From the human T2T-CHM13v2.0 reference genome, Homo sapiens: 64,000 bases of DNA. Each line of letters opens with the position of its first letter. Positions within the stretch are counted from its first letter, which is position 1. Shown here one piece after another: positions 1 to 17,623 of this stretch. The notes below the pieces were generated by a model. It had not been told where the DNA came from. It worked only from the letters and a program-made list of their open reading frames with translations, and ran no database searches. The stretch lies in NCBI RefSeq assembly GCF_009914755.1, contig NC_060945.1, one strand, 5' to 3'. A program made the position numbers and the translations under genes.

Positions 1-244
1 CACTGGAATCATTCTGTTTCTCAACTGAGTTGTCTCTTAGCTTGTGCCCCAGAGATTTTCACACCCAGGTCATCCTAGTGAGAGTCCAAGGGTGGGAGAG
101 AGGAGCATGCTTTTCTTTATGAAGTAAAGGAAGGGTGATTGTGGAAGGGAAGGTGGAAAAGAACCTCAAAACGTGGGCCCTGAAGATGAATTGTAGGCAA
201 AAGCACTTATGGAAGCTGAGAGATTGCAAATTAATTGCATTAAA

Positions 245-803
<559 letters not shown>

Positions 804-1116
804 AAAGTGTGCATACACTTGACTTTGTTACTTTGAGAGACGTATTTCAATTTTTCTGCTACTAAAAGTGATTGCTTCTACTTGGGAAGGTATGAGCATG
901 GGATGTAGCATTTGTCACTGCAGAGAGGCCAGCAGCCCCCAGGTCTGTAGCAAGACACCCATGCCCTCACTTAATGCTGAAGGAGACCATTGGACTGGCT
1001 CCAGAGGGCACCGCCCAGGTGCGCGGGTGCGGTAGGATTGTTTTTGGGGAACCCTGGGGCCAGGCCTCACCTTGTGGGTGGAGTAGAGAGGTTGCTCCTA
1101 AAAGAAATGAGAATGG

Positions 1117-1739
<623 letters not shown>

Positions 1740-1804
1740 TCAGGCCAGGAAATGAAGACTTGAAGGAATCCATAATCCCTGATTCAGGGAGGCACCTCTC
1801 CCTC

Positions 1805-2850
1805 CCTCTGATCTCAAGGTGCGTGGGCATCTACCAGGGTGAGAGATTTGCCTGAGGGCACTGTGATTCTGAAGAGGTTGGCCTGGCTCCTTAGCAGACA
1901 GGAGGCCCTTCAAGGCCCTGAGTTCATTCCTGTGGGTTCCAAGCATGGCCCCAGCATGGCAGCATTAACAAGTGACTGCCTGGGTAGGAATTCCCTTCCT
2001 TTACCCATAAACCTTCAGGGAAGTCACATTAAAGCTGTAATCTTGTCACCACTATCTCTTTGGAAAATGAAGGGAGGGATTTATGCCCAGAGTTGGCTGA
2101 ACCAGTAGAGAGACAAGCAAAAGGCAGGAGGTGCCAGTGTGGTGAGCAGACCCCTTGGGGAATAGTAAGCAGGCTCTGCTACCAGATGACCAGTTTCTTC
2201 GAAACTGGGAGAATTCATCTGAAATGATTATTTATGAAGTTCAAGTATATATTCACCCTGAGCAAGAAGAGTTTATTTGATTTCATTAAAATCATAACTG
2301 CATGGAAAACAAGTTGGTAAAATAAAGCATTTGTGTTGCACGTGTTTTCCTCTAAAATTAAACTGGGATTATACCCAAAAGCTGCCTTCTGTAACCAGCT
2401 CTGTACCAGTTTGGCTGGTATCTACTTCCTGAAACTCACATCTTTATGACAATAATCATCAAGAATAAATACATGAAGCAAAGCTGGGTCTTCCTAGTTC
2501 TGTTGCTGCTTGTCACTTCAGGGAAAGGAAGTTGAAAGAAAGAAGACCGAGTATATTTGTTCATCCTACAAACTGTGTGAGTGTATTGTATGCCCTATAA
2601 GGTGCACATCTACTCATTGCCAGGTTCAAGGATCTTTGACTTGGACAAAGTAGAAATTTGGGATGTATACTGCTTTTGGGACTTTCCTTCAACTGTAAAC
2701 AATTATTATGGAGAAGCATACATTTCTCTGATTCTTTGTTGGCCTTTCAGCCTCTTGACCCACTTCCTCAAATGTATAGTGGTTTTTATATTAAATTTTC
2801 CCCTTGACTAAGCAAAGCATGTAGTGTCCAGTTACACTTCCTCTTCAATA
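1805..2850 (+). pseudogene. Tentative decayed IFNAR1-like class II cytokine receptor relic
   Basis: Collinear peptide matches to IFNAR1 (sequence recalled from memory) across frameshifts, e.g. GIYFLKL, ERKLKE(K)KTE, VYC..K.H, FLKCI, SSSI; needs many gaps and is untested statistically. Confidence 0.25.
2678..2687 (+). promoter_or_regulatory. Canonical NF-kB decamer in unique intergenic DNA
   Basis: GGGACTTTCC exact match. Confidence 0.4.
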
Positions 2851-3039
2851 GGGAAATGCTTATTTTTTCTATTTGTAGAACTTAAAAGCAAACAGTTGCA
2901 ATATGAAAAAAATTACTTAGTTCACCCCCCTAGAGTGTGGAAATGGATGATTCAGAATTATTATCAAGTATTTCTTTTGGAGGTTGTACAAAGTTCAGAT
3001 TCGCAATTAGGCACAAAACAATGTCTTGAAGGGATAGGG

Positions 3040-3135
3040 ACTCCAGGGTACAGTAACCCAATTTGAATTCCAGCCCTGCCACCTACTGGCCGTGTGACTT
3101 TGGGCAAATAACTTTAGGTCTCTGTACCTAAAACC
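3040..3135 (+). mobile_element. MIR fragment
   Basis: tttgaattccagccctgccacctactggccgtgtgactttgggcaaa matches the MIR core. Confidence 0.75.
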
Positions 3136-3270
3136 CCAAGAAGTGCTTGGTAAGTATTATATAATAATTATAGTAATAAACATAAACTTGGCATGCTCAT
3201 GCTCACATCGGTATCACAGGGACATTGTAAAGAGAAATGATGAGCATGCAGCTTCTAGCGCAGTTCATAG

Positions 3271-3564
<294 letters not shown>

Positions 3565-4744
3565 TAAGTAGCCACTCCTTCCTTCCAGTCGCTAAGGTCA
3601 AAAACCTTATGCCACCCCTGACTCCTGCCTTTCTCATGACCCGCATTCTATCTGTCAGGAAATCGCACCCATGCTACCAAAATACCTCCACTCTGACCAC
3701 TTTTACCACTTCCACTGCTACTACCCTGGTCCAAGCCACCATTCAGAAAATTAGGACACATCTAAAAAGCATCTTCACAGAAACATCTAGAATAATGTCT
3801 GACCGAATGCCTGGGTAGCATAACCTAGTGAAATTGACACATAACATTAACTATCACATGATGTTAAATAAATGATCAAATAGTTGATCCATTAAAATAA
3901 GAGTTCAAATGGCTTAGTTTAAGCTAGTGTCATTGAAAGAAAAAAACACACCATTTAAAAAATATGTTCAGGCTGGGCAAGATGGCTCACGCCTGTAATT
4001 CCAACACTTTGGGAGGCTGAGGTGGGTGGATCACCTGAGATCAGGAGTTCAAAACCAGCCTGGCCAACATGGCGAAACCCCATCTCTTCTAAAAATACAA
4101 AAATTAGGGAGGGTGAGGCAGCAGAATCGCTTAAACCCAGGAGACAGAGGTTGCAGTGAGCTGAGATCGTGCCACTGCACTCCAGTCTGGGAAACAGAGC
4201 AAGACTCCATCTCAAAAAAAAAAAAAAAAAAAGTTCAAATTTCAGGGTTTTTAAAATAGACATATTTTTTTCTCTAATGCTAATTTCATTTAAGGTGTTT
4301 TCAAAAAGTTAAACAAAAATTTTTCTAAAACTAGATTGTGGTAGTATTTATATAACTCTGAAGTTAATAAGAATTATTGATGTATACATTTAAGATGGAT
4401 GAGTTTGTGGCATGTAAATTATACCTAGATAAGGCTGTTTTTTTAATTGGGCAATAAATGAGCTGTTGATTATGTAAAAACATTCTATTTCAGGAAGAAT
4501 ATTTAAACAGAAAATTCCGGGGCTGAGACACAACTACACTTGATAGTATGCAATTATAAGTAGGATAAAATCGGGAGACACTTGAAAATTAGTATTACAG
4601 ACAAAATCCTGAGTAGACACAAGAAAATAATATTTTTAAAATAATCTTTTAAAAATAATTTTTGGCCGACTGCGGTGGCTCATGCCTGTAATCCCAACTC
4701 TTTGGGAGGCCGAGGCGGGTGGATCATCTGAGGTCAGGAATTCA

Positions 4745-4975
<231 letters not shown>

Positions 4976-6629
4976 TTAATAATGATCTTTTTAAAAGGTA
5001 ATAAGTTTTTTTCTTATAAATTTGAATGACACTGAAAATATCAACTGCTTTTGGAAGGAAAGAGCTAAAATGCACCCTTTGGATTTAGCCACAAAGAAGC
5101 CACTGGTGCCGTGACAGTGACACTCTCCCTTCGTGTTCAGCGACATCAGCACTGGGCTTCCGGAGGCACCTGGAGGAGGGAGCTTCCTTCCCACCTTGTC
5201 TTCCTCCAGCGCCACTCATCCCATGTAGGGGACAAACAAAACCTTCCAGAGGTGGGCACCGCTCACCTCTCGGTCCCTCATTTTCTCCCAGCAATCACAC
5301 TGTGCTCAACCTGCCCTTTTCCTTATTTACTCTCCTTTCTATCTAGCACAGCCACCTTCTCTACTTTCTCCAATTTGCCAGTTTTTCTGGGATTTTTTTT
5401 TCCATGCTCTTAAAAATTTCCCATCCTCATGGCAGTGACCACAGTCACCGCAGCATTTTGACAGGTATGAAATGAGACTCATAGTTAGCCACTGTGTGCT
5501 CACCTGCTCTGAATATGGTGCCCTGAAAGTCCCTGGACTGTGAGAATTGACAGACACAGATGACCAGTCACCTCTTGACTCACATGAGGTCCAGAAACCC
5601 ATCTGTACAGCTCCCTTCTTGCAAGGGATCTTAACTGGAGGAAGAGAAAACTCAGCCCCTTTTGACGAATGTCTCATGAATGCAGATGCTGGCTGGCGAT
5701 AGAAAGGGTGGCAGAATTTGTAGACTGTAAGAACATTCTCCACCTAATTACCCCTTGGCCCAACCTCTATCATTCACTTGCTTCTCCAGTGCCCAGGAGC
5801 GATGGGACTAAGCAGGCAGTGCTGAAAGAACTGTGGGGACTCTGTCTGAAAGACCTGGCAAAAGAGCCGGAGCAGTCAGCAGCAGTGTCAGCAGCACAGA
5901 GAAGGCATAGCCAACAGCAACATAGCAGAGAAGGCAGGGCACAGCCAACAGTAGGGCTGCTTGCAGCAGGTGCATTTCTGAGGATATGTGTGAGCCCTGC
6001 TTTGCTGCCTAGGCTTCCCATCTGCTCTTCTCTCCCCACCCAGGAGCCCTTTGAAGAAATGGCGGAAGAGAAGGAGCCTTTCAAAAGCCAAAGCCTGGAC
6101 TTCCAGCAACATAGCTAAGGGACAACTGGATTGTTGAGATTTGAGATTCTCTATAAAGGCGATACAGTATACACACACGCTGTGTGGAGCCTGGGACATT
6201 CCAGAGATGTTGGTATATGGCAAAGCAATTTATTTGCATACATTTGACATGTATCCAGTCACTTTCCCAAGCTCATGGATACTGGCAAAGCTGTCTTGTT
6301 TATTTGTTTGTTTTGAGACAAAGTCGTGCTCTGTTGCCCAGGCTGGAGTGCAGTAGCACCATCCTGGCTCACTGCAACCTGTGCCTCCCAGATTCAAGCG
6401 ATTTAGAGCCTCAGCCTCCTGAGTAGCTGTAATTACAGGTGCGCCACCACACCCGGCTAGTTTGTGTACTTTTAGTAAAGACGGGGTTCCGCCATATTGG
6501 CCAGGCTGGTCTTGAACTCCTGGCCTCAGGTGACCCTCCCACCTCGGCCTCCCAAAGTGCTGCGATTACAGGCATGAGCCACCATGCCCGGCCATGGCAA
6601 AGCTTTTAATTGCATCTAAGTGTTTTAGA

Positions 6630-7710
<1,081 letters not shown>

Positions 7711-7994
7711 CTTTTTTTTTTTTTTTTTGAGATGGAGTCTCACGCTGTCGCCCAGGCTAGAGTGCAAATGGCGTGATCTCGGCTCACTGCAACCTCTGCC
7801 TCCTGGGTTCAAGCAATTATCCTGCCTCCCGGGTTCAAGTGATTCTCCTACCTCAGCCTCCCGAGTAGGTGGGATTACAGGCAGGCACGACCACACCCAA
7901 CTAATTGTTTGTATTTTTAGTAGAAACGGGGTTTCACCACGTTGGCCAGGCTGGTGTCAAACTCCTGACCTCGGGTGATCCACCTGCCTCGGCT

Positions 7995-8853
7995 CAGGAC
8001 AAACCACCCAAAATATGGCCATAGGAGATCAGAACATGCCAAAATATACTTCCTTGGCATATTTTGAGCTGGTTATTTTGAGAAACTACAGGCACAGGAA
8101 CAGCTGAAAAGCTGTCCTTTTGTAAAGAAAATTTATATCTACAAAGGAAATCTACATCGGTAAATTGTATCAGGCAGAAGGCCTGGGATATCTCTATTTT
8201 TTTTTAATACCTCTATTAGCTCAGAGACTGTTTCTCTGCAGAGCAGGACAGGGATTGCTCACCAAGCACTTCCTTCCCTTTCCCTGCCATGACTTGCTGT
8301 TGCTTAATCCCCGGAAGCCTCAAGCCTCTACTCCTTTCTGTAGAGCAGAATGCTGTATAAGGCCTGACATGGTGGCTCACACCTGTAATCCCAGCACTTT
8401 GTGGGGCAGAGGCAGCTGGATCACTTGAGGTCAGGAGTTTGAGACCAGCCTGGCAAATATGGTGAAACCCTGTCTCTACTAAAAATACAAAAAACAATTA
8501 GCCAGGTGTAGTGGCACATGCCTGTAATCCCAGCTACTCAGGAGGCTGAGACAGGAGAATCACTTGAACCTGGGAGTCACGGGTTGCAGTGAGGAGCCGA
8601 GATCACACCACCACACTCCACCCTGGGTGACAGAGCAAGATTCTGAAACAAAACAAAACAAAAAACCCAAACAGAATACTGTATAAACCTCAATCATCTG
8701 GACTTTTTGAGCCTCAGATTTGGTGGGACTTCCATGCGTATACACATAATTAAAATGGTTTTAGTGGAGAGACTGTCATCTGTCCACTGTCAGTTTACTT
8801 CATAGACTCAATTATCAAACCTTCAGAGAGTAGAAAGTTTTACTCTCCACCAC
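7995..8853 (+). mobile_element. ERV1-class solo LTR (MER34/MER39-like) interrupted by an Alu at ~8360-8670
   Basis: cagaacatgccaaaatatacttccttggcatattttgagctgg signature. Confidence 0.65.
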
Positions 8854-9192
8854 ACTAGTCTTTAAACATGCGTGGTGTCTCTAACATGCAGCCGAGCTGA
8901 GAACACTGGCTGGGCTATCTTCAGGCCTCCCACGCCCTCCGCTGTGACTCGCTCTGACTCACACAACAGGATGGCAGAGGCTTGGCAAGACAGGAAGCCA
9001 ACGCCTGGGGCAGCAGCCAGGTCTGTGCTCCCGGAAATCCACATTTGGTCAAAGGGGACACTTCGGGGTTGGTCCTCCCTCTGGCTGGGTTGGCCCGATT
9101 TCTTCCTGCCTTGCCCCCATGCTTCAGAGACTCCTCCACACAGAGCTGGTCTTAAAGCATAAACAAAACCCATGGATGATGGGGCCACAGAG

Positions 9193-10181
<989 letters not shown>

Positions 10182-10196
10182 TGACATTGAACTTCA

Positions 10197-10651
<455 letters not shown>

Positions 10652-10810
10652 TCAGAGTCTCCGTGGCATCTCGGTAGATTTGCTGATCCCTTTACATAAC
10701 CCAAGTTGAGGCATGCCCTAATTTCACCCACAAATGCTACTAAGCCCAGGCCCTTATCCAGCCAAAACCATCCTGCCAAGCTCCCACCACCACCATCAGC
10801 ATCATTTTCA

Positions 10811-10858
10811 GGTTGTTGGTCATCACTGGTTGTTGGTCATCACTGGTTGTTGGTCATC
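10811..10858 (+). repeat. 17-bp tandem repeat, ~2.8 copies
   Basis: ggttgttggtcatcact x2 plus a partial third copy. Confidence 0.9.
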
Positions 10859-11121
10859 TATGTCACCTAACAGGCCACTCATGACGTTAGCCCTTGACTT
10901 CAAAAAGGACCTCAAAGAAAATTCCAGTTTTCACTCCAAAAGGAGAAATCAGGCCGAGCTGTGATGGCTCATGCCTGTATTCCCAGCACTATGGGAGGCT
11001 GAGGCAGGCGGATCGCTTGAGCCCAGGAGTTTGAGACCACCCTGGGCAAACCTATCTTTCCAAAAAAATACAAAAAGATTAGCTGGGCATGGTGGTGCGT
11101 GCCTGTAGTCTCAGCTAGTCA

Positions 11122-11232
<111 letters not shown>

Positions 11233-11844
11233 CTAGCAAACGAAACAAAAGGAGAAACTGCTGGCAGCCCCTAATCTAGTACTGTCCCGGCTCCACCCAC
11301 CTTCAGATCCAGCCTCCTCCCCTGGCACACGGGAGCCCCCTCCTCTGACTGTGCTGAAAGTGAGGGAAGATCCCCTCTGGGGAGAGAGCTGTAGCCTTGA
11401 CCTCTGCACACCTTACTTATCCAGAGCACGAGGCAGGGCCGCTGACTCATCCTGGTTTACCCTGGGCTTTCCCAGTTTCAGCACTGAAAGTCCCGCATCT
11501 GGAAAAGCCCCTGAGTCGCTGACAAACCAGACAGTCCGGACCATGCAAAGCACAGTGCATGGTGCTTTAGCCACAAAGTTGATTGAAAAGTCAGAGGCAG
11601 TGAGCCACAGGAAGCGCCACGTGACCCAGACTGCGAGGAGGACACAGGAAACCAACCCTCACTGTGTCCTGCTAGGGGGTTAACCCGTCTACAAGCATCA
11701 GGGTTGCCATTTCAGAGATCAGCAAACTGAACAGCAGTCGTGACTTGTCCTCGCCTGCAAGACAAGCGAGTAACAAATCCATGAAGGGAAGGACACGGAA
11801 TTGAGCAAGGGGGCAGGGCCGGATGTCATTTTGGCGTTTTTTTT

Positions 11845-12958
<1,114 letters not shown>

Positions 12959-13249
12959 TAACTGATCGAGAACTTCTAATTATTCTTCTATGAACCTTAG
13001 AATGTACCAAGAAAATCCATTCCACAGAGTCTTATTTCTGGGCATCCTGTGCATATGAGCTGAGAGGAATCTGTGATTTTTATGCAGCGCTGAATGTCAT
13101 CAAAAGGCTTCGAGGAAGAGTTTCCTGAGTTTCCTTGATGTTCGCGGCGCTTACTGTTACTTTCACACTTAGCTAAGTAACCTTTGATACTGTGTGGTTA
13201 TAACATAATAACCACAGGTCCTTTGTCTTCTCTGTCAAGAGTGAAGAAT

Positions 13250-13626
13250 TCGAAGGACTTTAACCACTGGTAAAAGTGTCTTCTCACATAAACCGCATAG
13301 CAGCAAGCATTACGTGAACCAGCTGGTTATTCTCACTAAATGGGTTAGATACAAGTTACAAGCCGATCGCGAAGCTGCCTAGACTGGATTGAGTGTAGGT
13401 TAGCCAAACGGCATGATTGAGAAGATAAATCTCATCTGTCCACCCTTTTCCCGTTAGTTCCAAGCCAGCCTCGTGGCTGAGCCCAGCTTCCCAAGCCTCT
13501 CTGAAGATGGCGTCAGGCAGTCCAAGCCCGGTTTAGCTAAGAGTGCTTCCAGCCATCCCAGGCTGCAATCACGCCTTCCTTTGCCATCTGGGCTCTCCCC
13601 AGGTTAGTGGAACTGCTTTCTGGAAG
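13250..13626 (+). other. Candidate distal first exon / promoter
   Basis: Repeat-poor, CpG-enriched block with a YY1-like AAGATGGCG (13504-13512) ending in a perfect donor AAG|GTGAGT; 5' boundary is a guess. Confidence 0.45.
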
Positions 13627-15760
13627 GTGAGTCCTGCCCTGTGGAGTGCCTGGAGTAGGGACTGGTCACCAGCATTAAGTGCCCAGGGAGGGAGCACGTA
13701 TACACGAATCAATTTTTAGAAGAGACAATAACCCACTCAAAAAAGGGCAACAGCCAGACTGGTAGCTCATGCCTGTAATTCCAGCATTTGGGAGGCTGAG
13801 GCGGGAGGATGGCTTGAGCCCAGGAGTTTAAGACCGGCCAGGGTAACTTAGTGAGACCCTCGTCTCTCTCTATATATATTTTTAATTAGCTGGGCATGGT
13901 GACCCCTACCTGTAGTCTCAGCTACTTGGGAGCCTGAGGTGGGAGGATGGCTTGACCCTAGGAAGTTGAGGTTGCAGTGAGCTATGATCATGCTGCTGCA
14001 CCCCAAACTGGGCAACAGAACAAGACAAAAAAAAATGGAGTGGGGGAGAAAAGATGTGATAATAGAAAAAGAGATTCAAGTGTTGTTAAACAATGGGTGG
14101 CCAGCCGGGCACAGTGGCTCACGCCTATAATCCCAGCACTTTGGGAGGCCGAGGCAGGCAGATCACCTGAGGTCAGCAGTTCGAGACCAGCCTCAACATG
14201 GAGAAACCCCATCTCTACTAAAAAAAAAAAAATACAAAATTAGCCGGGCGTGGTGGTGCATGCCCGTAATCCCAGCTACTCAGAAGGCTGAGGCAGGAGA
14301 ATTGCTTGAACCTGGGAGGCGGAGGTTGCGGTGAGCCGAGATTGCACCATTGCGCTCCAGCGTGAAACTCTGTCTCAAACAACAATGGATGGCCAACCTC
14401 ATCCACGGTCAAAAAATCCAAATCAAACAACAATGAGATATCCTGGGGGTGGGGGGCAGTTTCATGGACAAATATTACCCCGTTTAATATCCTTGGTACC
14501 AGTGAGGTTGTGGGGAAAGAATGTGCTCACTAGCGGCCCCTGAAGGAGAACTGAGCACCTTTCCTGGCCTTGGGGCCTCCAAACCGGCTTCCTGGATCTT
14601 CCAAGGATTCTGCTACCAGTGACCTTCCATTAATTTGTTTTCTGCTTAAACTAGCTAGGGTGGGTTCTGTTGTTTCCAATTTGGCCTCTAACAGAAGGCC
14701 TCTGAGCTTCAGTTTTCCTCCCAGGTGAGAAGGGGATACTGCTCTCTTCTTTACAAGTGGGTTGAGAGCGTTTCCCGAAATAACATCTCAAGTACAGCTG
14801 TTCACTAGATGGGTGTGTTATCAGCCCCTGTCCACAACCCCTTATCTGGGAACCTCAGGGGCCAGAAATGTTTCATGATTTGGGTTTTTTGGTTTGTTTT
14901 TAAGATGGGAGGGGGGATCTCACTATATTGCCCAGGCTGGTCTCAAACTCCTGGCCTCAATAAATCCTCCCTCCCACCTTGGCCTCCCAAAGTGCTGGGA
15001 TTACAGGCGTGAGCACCTAGCCTAATTTGGCGTTTTAGAAAAGCGATATGGTGCAGGTAATATTAGGTAGCACTCTCAGCATGTTGTGGGCAGCACCCTG
15101 TAATCAAACCATTTCTAATTTTCTAGGGAAAGTGTATCCATTTCACATTTAATGGAAGAATTAAGGACTATATCTAGTTTGATATTAATTCAAGTCAGGA
15201 GTTAAGAAAATGTTTGTGATTTTCAGAGCTCTTCGGATTTTGGAGCTGTGAGTTGGAATTTATTTTCCCATAACCTAAATATTTTATTCTGTGATACTTG
15301 ATTTTTTTGTTTTGTTTTGTTTTGCTTTGTTTTTGAGATGGAGTCTCACTCTGCTATCCAGGCTGGAGTGCAGTGGTGTGATCTTGGCTCACTGCAAGCT
15401 GAGCCTCCTGGGTTCAACCGATTTTAGAGCCTCAGCCTCCCAAGTAGCTGGGATTACAGGTAGTAGCCACCGTGGCTGGCTACTTTTTGTATTTTTAGTA
15501 GAGACAGGGTTTCACCATGTTGGCCAGGCTGGTTTCAAACTCCTGACCTCAAGTGATCCCACCTCGGCCTCCCAAAATGTTGGGATTACAGGTGTGAGCC
15601 ACCATGCCCAGCCTGATACTTGGTTTTTTAAAAATCCTTCGACACAGGACTGGAGTATGACATCTGCAGCTCTCGTGGGAAGAGCTCTGGCCCCTTGGCT
15701 TATTCTTGCTTCTTAGCAGTCCCAGTGACCTTCAGCCTGAGGCAGGTGAGCCCCAGGTAG

Positions 15761-16084
<324 letters not shown>

Positions 16085-17007
16085 TAGCCAGGCTGGTCTC
16101 CATCTCCTGACCTCTTGATACGCCCGCCTCGGCCTCCGAAAGTGCTGGGATTACAGGCGTGAGCCACCGCGGCTAGCCGAATGGGCATCAGTTTTACATA
16201 TGGGTCCTGAACTGATTTCCGTGGGAGGAAATCCCAGAATTCCCAATTCAGATTAAGGGTAGGACATCCCTAGGTTAAAATTCTCTTATTAAGGTTCTCT
16301 AAGAAGTCAGATTTGAGCATACAGATGGACTACTACTGCAGCAATCACTGACTGAGCATTTTACAACCCTATTTTTAAGGTGCCTATGTAGTTTTTCCCT
16401 CTTGTCACAGCTTAATTGAGGTATAACTGGTATCTATTATGCCGTGCATGTTTTAAATATACATTTTGATAAGTTTTTAACATACGTGAAATCATCCCCA
16501 CAATCAAAATCATAAATATCCATTACCCCCAAAATGTCCTCGTTGTACACAGTTTTGAAATAAATGTTGTTGGGATTATAAGAGGAAGTAGGCTGGGCAC
16601 AGTGGCTCATGCCTATAATAGGAAGTGCATCATGTTTTCAGTAATCAAATCTGCCTAATGATCCATCTAGCTTCCTATTTATGCAACACATCTTACTTGT
16701 AGATAATTACCAAATTCTTGAAGGCCAGGCTGGGCGGCTCACATTTGTAGTTCTAGCTACCTGGAAGACTAAGGTGGGAGGATTGCTTGAGCTCAGGAGT
16801 TTGAGGCCAGCTTGGGCAACAAAGCAAGACCCCGGTTTTAATTTTTAAAAGAAAGAAAGAATGGAAGGAAGGAAGAAAAGTCCTACAGTAGGTTGAAGTT
16901 GAAGTGTGGCGACAACACTTTGGTCACCGATGTATCTCAAGTGTCTAGAACAATGCCTGGCATCTAAGAAGTGCTTAGTAAATATTTTTTGAGGAATAAA
17001 AAAGTAA

Positions 17008-17623
<616 letters not shown>

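Noticed and set aside
2352-2375. LNWDYT resembling IFNAR1 LKWDYT
   Set aside because: Out of collinear order relative to the other matches; not counted as evidence
3040-3058. D-S-G-Y-S-N-like match to the IFNAR1 DSGNYS degron downstream of the putative relic
   Set aside because: It falls at the start of a MIR element, so it is coincidental; a reminder that the relic hypothesis may be over-fitted
5339-6223. Overlapping ORFs of 104-149 aa in non-Alu DNA
   Set aside because: No recognisable domain or exon structure; lengths compatible with chance
10811-10858. Possible CRISPR-like array
   Set aside because: Pure tandem repeat without spacers in human DNA; no CRISPR, rRNA or tRNA genes seen in the window
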